Shown: positions 30,275 to 41,041 of the stretch, piece by piece
How the letters are laid out: each line of letters opens with the position of its first letter
How positions within the stretch are numbered: the stretch's first letter is position 1
Source: an uncultured Flavobacteriaceae bacterium
GTDB taxonomy: Bacteria; Bacteroidota; Bacteroidia; Flavobacteriales; Flavobacteriaceae
Length of the DNA: 64,000 bases
Reading direction: 5' to 3'
Assembly (NCBI GenBank): GCA_964463085.1
Contig: CAYXAZ010000001.1
Coordinates: 21,906 to 85,905 of the forward strand
Position numbers and translations under genes: made by a program
Notes under the pieces: model-generated
The model's input: only the letters and a program-made list of their open reading frames with translations
Database searches by the model: none
Told to the model about the DNA's origin: nothing

Positions 30275-30984
30275 AAAAGAACTGGTTGTTCTTATATTAA
30301 TTCTATTCTCATTTTATGGGTTTACTCAAAAAAGAGAAATAAAATCAAATGATGATTACACGATTCTTAATAATGCAATAGAAAAGATATTTTATAGCAA
30401 GAAAATTTAGTGATTCACTATTTTTTAATTCAGTGCTATACAAAGAAAATCTCAATCATAAAAAAATTAAAAGGGATATAAAAAGAAAAAAAAAGAGATA
30501 CACTATATATAAAAACTATAGCTGATAAAATCATATATAAACAATTTTTAAAAGATGATGCGAGATGGAAAAAAACAAATATTATAAAAAATACTTGACA
30601 GAATTAAATAATATTTTTTCTATAGATGAAGTAGTAAATTATAATAAACAACTCGAAAGCAATTTTTATTTGTGGGATAAAAGTAAAATCAATTTTAAAG
30701 ATCGCATTTTTATAAATAATAAAATACAATTTACACGAGATGAAATTAAAAACTTATCTAAAGAAAAAAAGAAATTAGAACTTAGAAAAATATATGACTT
30801 AGGAAAGAAATTGAATTTATATATTTTTTCTAAACCAATATATTCTATTAATAATAAATACGTTTTAATAGCTTATGAAAGAGAAGGAACACGTATTTTA
30901 AATATATTTGAAAGAATTGACAATAACTGGAAGTTCAAATATTCTTTAAATAATAATATGTTTGTTGATAGAATAATACCTTAA
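30243..30984 (+). pseudogene. Frameshifted paralogue of the 29240-29962 partner protein (includes ORF 30565-30984)
   Basis: Collinear similarity across three frames; shifts near 30406-30408 (T run), 30486-30494 (A9) and 30569-30575 (A7). Confidence 0.85.
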
Positions 30985-30989
30985 CATGT

Positions 30990-31850
30990 TTATTTAATTA
31001 GCCCCATCAAATATTGTCCATAACCACTTTTTAATAAAGGTTGTGCAACCTCTTTGAGTTGTTGGGCGGAAATAAATCCTTTATGGTAGGCAACTTCTTC
31101 AATACAGCCAATTTTTAAGCCTTGGCGTTCTTCTATTACTTGTACATATTGTTGCGCTTGCATTAACGATTGAAATGTACCGGTATCTAACCAGGCTGTA
31201 CCACGACTTAATACACCAACTTTTAATTTACCTTGCTGTAAGTAGACATTATTTACATCTGTAATTTCATATTCCCCTCTTGCTGATGGTTTAAGGTTTT
31301 TGGCAATTTCAACAACGCTATTATCATAAAAATAAATACCCGGAACTGCATAATTTGATTTGGGATGTTGAGGTTTTTCTTCAATAGAAATGGCTTTATT
31401 AGTATCATCAAATTCTACAACTCCATAGCGTTCAGGATCTGTTACGTGATAGGCAAAAACGGTACCACCATTTGGTTTTGAAGCTTCAACCAATAATTTT
31501 TCAAATCCGGTTCCATAAAAAATATTATCGCCTAAAATTAAAGCCACATCATCATTACCAATAAACTCTTCGCCTATAACAAAAGCTTGTGCTAATCCGT
31601 TAGGAATTTCTTGTACAGCATATTGAAAATTGCATCCTAATCGTTTTCCATCGCCTAATAAACGTTCAAATAAAGGTAGGTCATGAGGAGTGGAAATGAT
31701 CAAAATGTCTTTGATATTCGCTAACATTAAGGCTGATAGCGGATAATAGATCATCGGTTTATCATAAATTGGCATTAATTGTTTACTTATAGCCAATGTT
31801 AATGGATGTAATCTGGTTCCGCTGCCTCCAGCTAGTATAATTCCTTTCAT
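30990..31850 (-). CDS. rfbA: Glucose-1-phosphate thymidylyltransferase
   Basis: [18 protein letters not shown]; ARGEYEITD; WLDTGT. Confidence 0.98.
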   Translation of the reverse strand: MKGIILAGGSGTRLHPLTLAISKQLMPIYDKPMIYYPLSALMLANIKDILIISTPHDLPLFERLLGDGKRLGCNFQYAVQEIPNGLAQAFVIGEEFIGNDDVALILGDNIFYGTGFEKLLVEASKPNGGTVFAYHVTDPERYGVVEFDDTNKAISIEEKPQHPKSNYAVPGIYFYDNSVVEIAKNLKPSARGEYEITDVNNVYLQQGKLKVGVLSRGTAWLDTGTFQSLMQAQQYVQVIEERQGLKIGCIEEVAYHKGFISAQQLKEVAQPLLKSGYGQYLMGLIK

Positions 31851-34271
31851 TTATTTGTCAATTTTAAGTTCTGTTTCATCTGCATCATTACCATCAATAT
31901 TAACATCTTCTTTAGGTAAAATTTGAATGGCAGGTTTTTTAAATGTTTTTTTGTTGGCAATACGTTGTTCTAATGAAAGTAATAATGATGGTAATAATAA
32001 TAAATTTGAAACCATTGCAAATAGTAAGGTTACTGATACCAATCCACCAAGAGCAATTGTACCACCAAAACTAGAAACAATAAATACTAAAAATCCAAAA
32101 AAGAGTACGATAGAAGTATAGAACATGCTTACACCTGTTTCGCGTAAAGCGCCATATACCGATTTTCTGACTTTCCAATTATTGGCTAGCAACTCTTGCC
32201 TGTATTTTGCTAAAAAATGTATGGTATCATCTACCGATATACCAAAAGCAATACTAAATACCAATATCGTTGAGGGTTTTATAGGTACTCCTAAAAAGCC
32301 CATCAGTCCGGCGGTAACCAATAGAGGTAAAACATTGGGGATCAATGATATGATTATCATTCGAAAAGATCTAAACATCCAAGCCATAAATAATGAAATC
32401 AATAAAATGGCGAGTGATAGTGATATTACTAGGTTTTTAATTAAATAATTGGTGCCTTTTAAGAAAACCAAGGCTTTCCCGGTCATAGTAACATTGAAAT
32501 TCTCTTTAGGAAACTCTTTCTCAATTCTGGCTTGTAAACGTTCTTCAATACGTTCCATTTTATCAGTACCAATATCTTTCATAAAGGTAGTAATACGGGC
32601 ATATTGCCCCGTAGAATCTACGAAATTATTGAGGAGATCTGAATTGACATCGGAGTTTTTTGTGTAAGATAAAATAAAACTTCTTTCTTGATTGGTTGGT
32701 AATTGATAGTATTTTGGATTGCCATTATAATACGCCTGTTTAGAATATTTGACTAAATTTAGTACAGAGACAGAAGGAGAAAGTTCAGGAATTTCATCAA
32801 TAATTTCATTCAGTTTATCCATCCGCTTCAGCGTAGAAAGTTTCATGACGCCTCTTTTACGTTTGGTATCTATTATAATTTCTAAGGGCATAATACCACC
32901 AAACTCTTTTTCAAAAAAGACAATATCTTTAAAAAAGGGTTTTCCTTTGGGCATATCTTCAATTAAACTCCCAGAAACGCGAATCATATATACACCGATA
33001 ATACTGGTAACTATGATCAAAACGGTAGAAATATATACCGCAATGCGTTTATGACGAACGGTATTTTCCATCCAATCTATGATCCGTTCTATCCATTTTC
33101 GTTCTAAATGTTGTAAATGTTTTTCTTTAGGTTTTGGAAGAAAACTATATATAATTGGAATGATCAATAATGACAATGTAAAAATTGCCATAATATTGAT
33201 AGAAGCAATGATACCAAATTCGTTTAATAATTGACTTCTGGTAAAAATAAAAGTGGCAAACCCCGAAGCCGTAGTAACGTTTGTCATTAATGTAGCATTC
33301 CCAATTTTAGAAATTACACGTTGTAATGATTTTGCTTGATTGCCATGAGTTTTAACTTCGTGCTGATATTTATTTATTAAAAAGATACAGTTTGGTACAC
33401 CAATAACAATGATCAAAGGCGGAATTAATGCCATTAAAACGGATATTTCATATCTAAACCAACCAATAAATCCGAAAGCCCATATTACACCTATGCATAC
33501 TACCAACATAGTTATAAAAGTTGCTCTGAATGAGCGGAAAAATAAAAAGAATATAAATGATGTTACTGCTAAAGCTAAACCAAGAAATATTCCAATCTCA
33601 TCAATAATATTTTGAGAATTCATGGTTCTGATATATGGCATGCCGGAAACTTTAACATCAATAGTATTTTCTTTTTCAAATCGCTCAATGGTAGGATTTA
33701 ATACATTGAAAATAAAATCTTTCCGTTTGGAAGTGTTTACAATATCTTTTTTGATATAGATTACCGTTCTGATCGTTCCGGTACTTTTATTGAATAATAG
33801 ATTATCAAAAAAGGGTAAATTATTAAAAAGCTCCTCTTTTATTTTTTGAACATCTGCATCATTTGATGGTTCATTTTCATATAAAGATTCAACGACAAAT
33901 TTCTTTTTTTTGGTGTCCTTTTTCAATTTTTTAATATCGCCAATAGAAACGGTAAAATCTACTTCAGGAAAAGTGTCTAATGTACGTGATAGCACATTCC
34001 AATTATTAAATTTTTTGGAAGTAAAAATACTTGAATCTTGAGTTGCCAGTATGATAAGATTACCTTCTTCACCAAAAATTTCTAGAAATTTATTGTATTG
34101 AATGTTTACTTCATGATTTCTTGGTAATAAATTGGCTTCACTATGCGAAAAACGCATGTATTGCATCTGCGTTGAGAGGAAATATGTGATGACGGCAAGA
34201 ATTATTAGAATAGGGATACGCCCTTTAAGGATAACTCTAGATACTACCGGCCAAAAATTCTTTAAAAACAT
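31851..34271 (-). CDS. MMPL/RND superfamily transporter
   Basis: Two TM clusters with IGVPNCIFL and GISVDDTIHFL motifs. Confidence 0.9.
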   Translation of the reverse strand: MFLKNFWPVVSRVILKGRIPILIILAVITYFLSTQMQYMRFSHSEANLLPRNHEVNIQYNKFLEIFGEEGNLIILATQDSSIFTSKKFNNWNVLSRTLDTFPEVDFTVSIGDIKKLKKDTKKKKFVVESLYENEPSNDADVQKIKEELFNNLPFFDNLLFNKSTGTIRTVIYIKKDIVNTSKRKDFIFNVLNPTIERFEKENTIDVKVSGMPYIRTMNSQNIIDEIGIFLGLALAVTSFIFFLFFRSFRATFITMLVVCIGVIWAFGFIGWFRYEISVLMALIPPLIIVIGVPNCIFLINKYQHEVKTHGNQAKSLQRVISKIGNATLMTNVTTASGFATFIFTRSQLLNEFGIIASINIMAIFTLSLLIIPIIYSFLPKPKEKHLQHLERKWIERIIDWMENTVRHKRIAVYISTVLIIVTSIIGVYMIRVSGSLIEDMPKGKPFFKDIVFFEKEFGGIMPLEIIIDTKRKRGVMKLSTLKRMDKLNEIIDEIPELSPSVSVLNLVKYSKQAYYNGNPKYYQLPTNQERSFILSYTKNSDVNSDLLNNFVDSTGQYARITTFMKDIGTDKMERIEERLQARIEKEFPKENFNVTMTGKALVFLKGTNYLIKNLVISLSLAILLISLFMAWMFRSFRMIIISLIPNVLPLLVTAGLMGFLGVPIKPSTILVFSIAFGISVDDTIHFLAKYRQELLANNWKVRKSVYGALRETGVSMFYTSIVLFFGFLVFIVSSFGGTIALGGLVSVTLLFAMVSNLLLLPSLLLSLEQRIANKKTFKKPAIQILPKEDVNIDGNDADETELKIDK

Positions 34272-34374
34272 ATAGGCTTTTATAATATTATACTAAATTG
34301 CCTTAAGAATTTAGTATAACAAAGATAATAAATTTTAATGCCAAATTATTTATATCAATTTATGATTTGTTTAT

Positions 34375-34406
34375 AAAAAAAACCTGTGAGATAATTTCAC
34401 AGGTTT
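34375..34406. terminator. Intrinsic terminator after infB
   Basis: aaacctgtga / tcacaggttt stem with an A run on the + strand (T run on -). Confidence 0.8.
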
Positions 34407-34446
34407 ATAAAAATTTTATTAGAATTAACTATCTACTTTTATAGTA

Positions 34447-37092
34447 TTATTTTAATTTCTTTTTAACAGCTACTTCTTGGTAGGCTTCAATAATATCTAA
34501 TTCTTTAATATCATTATAGTTTTTGATCTGTATACCACAATCATACCCTTTAGCTACTTCTTTAACATCATCTTTAAAGCGTTTTAAAGAAGCTAGTTCA
34601 CCAGTAAAGACAACTACATTATCTCTAAGAATTCTTATTTTAGAATTTCTAAATATTTTACCATCAGTAACCATACAACCGGCAATAGTACCAATTTTTG
34701 ATATTTTGTAGGTCTCTCTAATTTCAGCATTACCTGTAATTTCTTCTACCATATCAGGAGAAAGCATACCTTCCATGGCATCTTTAATTTCATCTATTAC
34801 CTTGTAAATAATAGAATAATTTCTAATATCTATTTCTTCTTTTTCTGCTAATAATCGAGCTGTTGCAGAAGGTCTTACATTAAATCCAATAATAATTGCA
34901 TCAGATGCAGAGGCCAATAATACATCTGATTCTGTAATGGCACCAACACCTTTATGGATAATATTTACTTGAATTTCTTCAGTTGATAATTTTTGTAACG
35001 AATCTGTCAAAGCTTCAACAGAACCATCAACATCACCTTTAAGGATAACGTTCAATTCTTTAAAATCACCTAAGGCAATTCTACGACCAATTTCATCTAA
35101 GGTAATATGGCGTTGCGTACGAACAGATTGTTCACGCCGTAATTGTTCACGTTTAGTAGCTATTTGCTTGGCTTCACGTTCATCTTCAAACACTCTAAAT
35201 TTATCTCCAGCTTGTGGAGCGCCATCTAAACCTAATATTGAAACCGGAGTTGATGGTCCAGCCTCTTTTAAACTATTACCACGTTCATTGTGCATGGCTT
35301 TTACTTTACCACTATGTTTTCCGGCGAGAATAAAATCGCCGATTTTCAGAGTACCAGCTTCTACTAAAATTGTAGAAACATATCCTTTACCTTTATCTAA
35401 TAAAGCTTCTACAACAGTACCTACCGCCTTTTTGTCTGGATTGGCTTTTAATTCTAATAATTCTGCTTCAAGCATTACTTTCTCCATCAATTCATCAACT
35501 CCTTGACCCGTTTTAGCAGAAATATCATGCGATTGTAGTTTACCTCCCCAATCTTCAACTAATAAATTCATAGCAGCTAATTCTTCCTTCACTTTATCAG
35601 GATTAGCATCAGGTTTGTCAATTTTGTTGATAGCAAAAACGATAGGAACACCTGCAGCTTGTGCATGACTTATAGCTTCTTTGGTTTGTGGCATTAAAGA
35701 ATCATCAGCAGCAATAACAATAATAACAATGTCAGTAACCTGAGCCCCACGAGCACGCATTGCAGTAAAGGCTTCGTGCCCTGGTGTATCTAAAAATGTT
35801 ATTTTTTGACCATCCGCCAACTCTACTCCATAAGCGCCAATATGCTGTGTAATACCACCGGCTTCACCAGCAATAACATTGGCTTTTCTTATATAATCAA
35901 GTAATGAGGTTTTACCATGATCAACATGTCCCATAATAGTAACTATAGGCGCTCTTGATTTTAAATCTTCTGGGTTATCTTCAACTTCTTCAACAGCATC
36001 TTCAACTTCAGCACTGACAAATTCAACACCATATCCAAACTCTTCAGCAACAATTGCTAATGTTTCAGCATCTAAACGCTGATTCATAGTTACCATCATG
36101 CCTAAAGACATACATGCTGATATAATTTCAGATACAGAAACATCCATCATAGTTGCAACTTCACTGGCAGTAACAAACTCTGTTACTTTTAAAGTTTTAC
36201 TTTCAGCATGTTGAATTTCTATATCTATTTCAGTTTGCTGACGGTGTAAATCTCTTTTCTCTCTTCTGTATTTGGCTCCTTTTCCTTTTTTAGATTTACC
36301 TTGTAGTTTTTCTAAAGTCTCTCTAACCTGTTTTTGTACTTCAGCTTCAGAAGGTTCTTCCTTAACAACATTTCTTCTACCTCTGCCTGCTCCTTTATTA
36401 TTGCCAGATTTGAAATTTGACCTTCTATTTGATCTATCACCAGTATTGCCGGTTGGCTTATTGATTCTTCTTCTTTTCTTTTTATTAGCGTTACTATCAG
36501 TCGAGCCTTTTTCTTCTGTAGGTTTCTTTTTTGGCTTTTCAAATTGTTTTAAATCAATTTTATCTCCAACTTGTTTAGGACCGGTTAATTTTTGATACTT
36601 AGTAGTAATTTTTTCTAACTCAGCAGGTTTTTCTTCTTGAACTTCTTTTTTAGATATAGGTGTAGCCTCTATTTTAACTTCTTTTTTTGAAGCTTCTTTT
36701 ATCGGGGTTTCCTCTTTAGTTTCTTTTTTAGAAGCTGTTTTAGGCGTTACATCTATTTTACCTACAGTTTTAATTCCTGCTAGTTTTGATGATTCTGTCT
36801 TGAAGATTTCTTTTTTAGCTTCATCTTGTAAGCGTTTTTTTTCTAATTCTTCTTCATGGGCTATACGAAGCGCTTCTTTTTCTTTTCGTTTTTCTTCACC
36901 AACCTCTCTAGACTCAACTTTTTTACTTTTATCAGTTTGAAATTCGTCTAAAAGCAGATTATATACTTCATCAGATATTTTTGTTGTAGGTCTAGCTTCT
37001 ATTTCATAGCCTTTTTTTGAAAGACACTCAACAGCTCTGTCTAATGAAATGTTTAATTCTCTTAAAACTTTATTAAGCCTCAATGTAGCCAT
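34447..37092 (-). CDS. infB: Translation initiation factor IF-2
   Basis: [16 protein letters not shown] and INKID GTPase motifs. Confidence 0.98.
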   Translation of the reverse strand: MATLRLNKVLRELNISLDRAVECLSKKGYEIEARPTTKISDEVYNLLLDEFQTDKSKKVESREVGEEKRKEKEALRIAHEEELEKKRLQDEAKKEIFKTESSKLAGIKTVGKIDVTPKTASKKETKEETPIKEASKKEVKIEATPISKKEVQEEKPAELEKITTKYQKLTGPKQVGDKIDLKQFEKPKKKPTEEKGSTDSNANKKKRRRINKPTGNTGDRSNRRSNFKSGNNKGAGRGRRNVVKEEPSEAEVQKQVRETLEKLQGKSKKGKGAKYRREKRDLHRQQTEIDIEIQHAESKTLKVTEFVTASEVATMMDVSVSEIISACMSLGMMVTMNQRLDAETLAIVAEEFGYGVEFVSAEVEDAVEEVEDNPEDLKSRAPIVTIMGHVDHGKTSLLDYIRKANVIAGEAGGITQHIGAYGVELADGQKITFLDTPGHEAFTAMRARGAQVTDIVIIVIAADDSLMPQTKEAISHAQAAGVPIVFAINKIDKPDANPDKVKEELAAMNLLVEDWGGKLQSHDISAKTGQGVDELMEKVMLEAELLELKANPDKKAVGTVVEALLDKGKGYVSTILVEAGTLKIGDFILAGKHSGKVKAMHNERGNSLKEAGPSTPVSILGLDGAPQAGDKFRVFEDEREAKQIATKREQLRREQSVRTQRHITLDEIGRRIALGDFKELNVILKGDVDGSVEALTDSLQKLSTEEIQVNIIHKGVGAITESDVLLASASDAIIIGFNVRPSATARLLAEKEEIDIRNYSIIYKVIDEIKDAMEGMLSPDMVEEITGNAEIRETYKISKIGTIAGCMVTDGKIFRNSKIRILRDNVVVFTGELASLKRFKDDVKEVAKGYDCGIQIKNYNDIKELDIIEAYQEVAVKKKLK

Positions 37093-37172
37093 ATAATTAT
37101 TTTGTTGTTTTCTTTTATTTCTAGGCTTTTTCTTTAAAGGAAATACCTAATCAACGTATTATTAATATAAAA

Positions 37173-38420
37173 TTAATCTTCAAATTCTTCTTTTAATATG
37201 CGTTGAACATCTAATATTGTTTCTTCTTCTAGATCAGTTCTTTTTACCAGATCACTTACATCAAGATCAAGCACACTTCTAGCGGTATCTAAACCAATAT
37301 TATTAAATTCTTTTATTACCCATGCTTCTATTTCGTCTGAGAATTCTGTTAATTCTACATCTTCATCTTCCATTCCCTCACGTAACACATCTATTTCATA
37401 ACCAGTTAATTGACTTGCTAAACGAATATTAACACCGCCTTTACCAATGGCTTTAGAAACTTCTTCAGGTCTTAAAAATACTTCTACTCTTTGTTTTTCG
37501 CCTTCAACAGCTTCTTTTATATCAACTGAAACAACTTTGGCTGGGCTCAATGCTCTTGAAATAAATATTTGATCATTTTTTGTAAAGTTAATTACATCTA
37601 TATTTTCATTTCCTAATTCACGAACGATACCGTGAATACGAGATCCTTTCATCCCTACACAGGCACCAACTGGGTCAATTCTATCATCATAAGAATCAAC
37701 AGCTACCTTAGCTTTTTCACCTGGAATTCTTGCTACACGTTCAATCGTAATTAAACCATCAAATACCTCAGGAATTTCTTGTTCAAATAATTTCACTAAG
37801 AAATCAGGAGAAGTTCTTGACATTATAATTGCAGGCTTATTACCTCGTAATTCTACTAATTTAATAATACCTCTTACAGATTCACCTTTTCTAAAATAAT
37901 CAGATCTAATTTGTTCACTCTTAGGTAATACAATTTCATTACCATCATCATCTAGTAAAATGATTGCATTATGCCTGATATGATGTACTTCGGCACTATA
38001 AATTTCACCTTCTAATTCTTTAAATTGTTTAAAGATATTTGTGTTATCATGCTCATGTATTTTCGCTATTAAATTTTGACGTAATGCTAAAATAGCTCTT
38101 CTGCCTAGATCTTCTAACTTTACTTCTTCTGACACATCTTCACCTACTTCAAAATCAGGCTCAATTTTTATAGCTTCAGATAAGGCTATTTCTTCGTTAG
38201 GTTCTTCAACTTCACCATCATTGACCACTATTCTATTTCTCCATATTTCTAAATCGCCTTTATCAGGATTTATAATAATATCAAAATTCTCATCAGAACC
38301 ATATTTTCTTTTCAATGCTGCTCTAAACACGTCTTCAAGTATCGCCATAAGCGTTACTCTATCAATACTTTTATCATCTTTAAATTCAGAAAAAGAATCT
38401 ATTAATGCGATGTTTTCCAT
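37173..38420 (-). CDS. nusA: Transcription termination factor NusA
   Basis: S1 and KH domains; DPVGACVGMKGSRI. Confidence 0.98.
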   Translation of the reverse strand: MENIALIDSFSEFKDDKSIDRVTLMAILEDVFRAALKRKYGSDENFDIIINPDKGDLEIWRNRIVVNDGEVEEPNEEIALSEAIKIEPDFEVGEDVSEEVKLEDLGRRAILALRQNLIAKIHEHDNTNIFKQFKELEGEIYSAEVHHIRHNAIILLDDDGNEIVLPKSEQIRSDYFRKGESVRGIIKLVELRGNKPAIIMSRTSPDFLVKLFEQEIPEVFDGLITIERVARIPGEKAKVAVDSYDDRIDPVGACVGMKGSRIHGIVRELGNENIDVINFTKNDQIFISRALSPAKVVSVDIKEAVEGEKQRVEVFLRPEEVSKAIGKGGVNIRLASQLTGYEIDVLREGMEDEDVELTEFSDEIEAWVIKEFNNIGLDTARSVLDLDVSDLVKRTDLEEETILDVQRILKEEFED

Positions 38421-38430
38421 GCTCTCTAAA

Positions 38431-38892
38431 TTAAAATTTTATTTTCACTTTTGCTTGTTTAATATCACTATATGGTAAAATGGCTGTTTTAGTAACTGTT
38501 ACTTTTCCTTTACCTATAGGTTTTGGCTCCCTAGTTTTCCATTCAATGATGATTTCATTTTCATCTGTTTTAACTAGTTTTCCTTCAAATTTTTCTATTT
38601 CGGTTTTTATTTCTAAAGTCCTACCTAGATTTTTTTTATACTGCCTTTTATTCACTAAAGGTTCAGCTGCTCCGGGTGATGTAACTTCTAAAGAAAAATC
38701 TATTGTATCTCTATCTAAATTATGCTCAACATGCCTGCTTATCCTCATACATTCTTTTAGTGTTAGTCCGCAGTCACCATCAACAATCACTATAATTTTA
38801 TTATCTAATGAGATTTTGAAATCAATTAAAAATAACTCTTGATTTTCAAGGATGGCTTCATCAACTAACTTTTTTACAACGTCTCGCTCCAT
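38431..38892 (-). CDS. rimP: Ribosome maturation factor RimP
   Basis: FSLEVTSPG motif; upstream of nusA. Confidence 0.95.
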   Translation of the reverse strand: MERDVVKKLVDEAILENQELFLIDFKISLDNKIIVIVDGDCGLTLKECMRISRHVEHNLDRDTIDFSLEVTSPGAAEPLVNKRQYKKNLGRTLEIKTEIEKFEGKLVKTDENEIIIEWKTREPKPIGKGKVTVTKTAILPYSDIKQAKVKIKF

Positions 38893-38965
38893 TTTTTATA
38901 TAAAAAGAGGGGACTTTCCGTCCCCTCCAATTTCTTAAACACCTTTATTTAGCGGTGCAAATATA
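38893..38965 (-). promoter_or_regulatory. rimP-nusA-infB promoter and leader with a terminator-like hairpin
   Basis: TATATTTG at 38958-38965; gaggggac-ggaaa-gtcccctc followed by a T run just before the ATG. Confidence 0.7.
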
Positions 38966-39055
38966 TAAACTATATTTTACAATGACAAGAATCATAGTTT
39001 TTTATCGTTATAATAAATACCTTTAACAAGGTTAGAATTCTTAAAACCCATAATC

Positions 39056-39886
39056 ATGAAAAAAATACTAGTTCCAATCGATTTTTCTGATGAGGCTAAA
39101 TACGCTTGTAAAGTAGCTGCAACTATTGCTAAAAAAACAAACAGTGAAATTATATTACTGCATATGTTAGATATCCCTACAGAAGCAATAGACCCTATTG
39201 AGTCTAATAATCTTCGGGGTGGTGCACAAGCAATCTTTATTATGAAAGCAATTCATAAAAAATTTGAAAAAATTAAAGCTTTACCATTTTTTGATGGGAT
39301 TAAAGTTACTGAAGATGTAAAATTTCATAAAGCTTTTGAAGGTGTTATTGAAGAAAGTAAAAAACACAATGTTGACTTAGTTGTGATGGGTTCGCAAGGA
39401 GCAACAGGTTTAAAGGAAATGTTGGTAGGTTCTAATACCGAAAAAGTAGTTAGGCATTCTGATATACCGGTTTTAGTTATTAAGCAAGATGTTGATAATT
39501 TTGGTATTGATACTATAGTTTTTGCTTCTGATTTTAGCGATAAAAGTAAAAAATCATTTCAAAACGTATTGGATTTCGCAACTATATTTAATGCTAAATT
39601 ACATTTGTTATTTATCAATACTGTTCACAATTTTGAGCCAACTAAAAAATCTAAAAGTAAGCTTAAAGATTTTATTTCAGATTTTGATATTAAGGACTAT
39701 ACTCTAAATATTTATAATGATACTACTATTGAAGAAGGGATTTTAAACTTCGGAAAAGAAATTGATACTGATATTATTGCTATAAATACACACGGTAGAA
39801 GTGGTTTGTCACAACTGTTTAGCGAAAGTATTAGTAAAGAATTGGCAAACCATGCTTTAAGACCTGTCATTACTTTTAAAATTTAA
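39056..39886 (+). CDS. Universal stress protein (two USP domains), copy 1
   Basis: MKKILVPIDFS; DLVVMGSQG..G...VGSNTEKVVR. Confidence 0.95.
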   Translation: MKKILVPIDFSDEAKYACKVAATIAKKTNSEIILLHMLDIPTEAIDPIESNNLRGGAQAIFIMKAIHKKFEKIKALPFFDGIKVTEDVKFHKAFEGVIEESKKHNVDLVVMGSQGATGLKEMLVGSNTEKVVRHSDIPVLVIKQDVDNFGIDTIVFASDFSDKSKKSFQNVLDFATIFNAKLHLLFINTVHNFEPTKKSKSKLKDFISDFDIKDYTLNIYNDTTIEEGILNFGKEIDTDIIAINTHGRSGLSQLFSESISKELANHALRPVITFKI

Positions 39887-39892
39887 CTTATT

Positions 39893-39927
39893 AAAAAAGG
39901 GCTCTTAAGTTTAAGAATCCTTTTTTT
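39893..39927. terminator. Intrinsic terminator between the USP copies
   Basis: aaaaaagggctcttaa / ttaagaatcctttttt. Confidence 0.7.
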
Positions 39928-39972
39928 CAGTAGAAAAACTTATCTTTATAAAATAATTAAATTTTTATAACC

Positions 39973-40803
39973 ATGAAAAAAATATTAGTTCCTGTTGATT
40001 TTTCTAAACAAGCAGAGCATGCATGTAAAGTAGCTGCAACTATTGCTAAAAAAACAAACAGTGAAATTATATTATTGCACATGTTAGATATTCCTTCAAC
40101 GTCTATAGATCCTGCTGGCGGAGGTAACCTTCAAGGAGGTGCCCAAAGTATTTATTATTTAAAGGGAATTCATAAAGAATTTGAAAAATTTAAAGCCTTC
40201 CCGTTTTTTGAAGGACTTACTATTATTGAAACGGTACGTTTTCACAAAGCGTTTGATGGGGTTATTGAAGAGAGTAAAAAAAATGATGTTGATTTGATTG
40301 TAATGGGCTCACAAGGGGCAACAGGTTTAAAGGAAATGTTAGTAGGCTCAAATACCGAAAAAGTGGTTAGACATTCTCACATTCCGGTTTTAGTCATCAA
40401 ACAAAATATTGAAAATTTTGAATTTAATGAGATGATCTTTGCTTCAGATTTTGGTATAGAAAGTAAGGCGAACTTCCAAAAAGTATTAGATTTCACAGCT
40501 GTTTTTAATGTAAAATTACATTTATTATTTATCAATACTATGCATAATTTTGAATCGACGAAAGTGTCTAAAGACAGACTTGAAAATTATGTTTCAAGTT
40601 TTGATATTAAAGATCATACCATAAATATTTACAATGATACAACTATTGAAGAAGGCATTTTAAATTTCGGCAAACAGATCAATGCTGATGTAATTGGTAT
40701 TTACACCCACGGTAGGAGTGGTTTATCACAATTATTTAATGAAAGTATAAGTAAAGAATTAGCGAATCATGCACTAAGACCAGTGATTACTTTTAAGGTT
40801 TAA
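39973..40803 (+). CDS. Universal stress protein, copy 2 (tandem paralogue)
   Basis: Same 276-aa length and motifs as copy 1. Confidence 0.95.
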   Translation: MKKILVPVDFSKQAEHACKVAATIAKKTNSEIILLHMLDIPSTSIDPAGGGNLQGGAQSIYYLKGIHKEFEKFKAFPFFEGLTIIETVRFHKAFDGVIEESKKNDVDLIVMGSQGATGLKEMLVGSNTEKVVRHSHIPVLVIKQNIENFEFNEMIFASDFGIESKANFQKVLDFTAVFNVKLHLLFINTMHNFESTKVSKDRLENYVSSFDIKDHTINIYNDTTIEEGILNFGKQINADVIGIYTHGRSGLSQLFNESISKELANHALRPVITFKV

Positions 40804-40821
40804 ACAAAACTACTTAAAATT

Positions 40822-40858
40822 AAAAAAGCACTCTCAAATTTTGAAGAGTGCTTTTTTT
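40822..40858. terminator. Bidirectional intrinsic terminator
   Basis: aaaaaagcactct / agagtgctttttt. Confidence 0.8.
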
Positions 40859-40900
40859 GTTGTCACACGAGGACTCCTTTCGACTTAACTCAAGATAAAC
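40859..40900 (-). repeat. Degenerate copy of the tRNA-Gln 3' end fused to a REP-like palindrome
   Basis: gttgtcacacgaggactc vs gttgtcccacaaggactc (40969-40986), 16/18 identical; followed by cctttcgacttaactcaagataaac, which resembles the reverse complement of 56489-56513. Confidence 0.65.
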
Positions 40901-40925
40901 TTCTCATCTTTAATTGTTTTTACAA

Positions 40926-40960
40926 AACAAAAATGCTTCCTAAAAAAAGGAAGCATTTGT
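40926..40960 (-). terminator. Terminator downstream of tRNA-Gln
   Basis: aaatgcttcc / ggaagcattt stem. Confidence 0.75.
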
Positions 40961-40969
40961 CCAACTTCG

Positions 40970-41041
40970 TTGTCCCACAAGGACTCGAACCTTGAATGTC
41001 GGTACCAAAAACCGGTGTGTTACCAATTACACCATGGGACA
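40970..41041 (-). tRNA. tRNA-Gln(TTG)
   Basis: Reverse complement folds as a cloverleaf: acceptor TGTCCCA/TGGGACA, anticodon loop ttTTGgt, GGTTCGAGTCC; TAAATTTG promoter box at 41075-41082. Confidence 0.95.

Noticed and set aside
30565-30984. 139-aa ORF as a stand-alone gene
   Set aside because: It is the last frame of the frameshifted partner paralogue that begins at 30243.
27250-30984. Prophage or integrative element
   Set aside because: No integrase, phage genes or att pair other than the rfbA tail; XRE regulators alone are not diagnostic.
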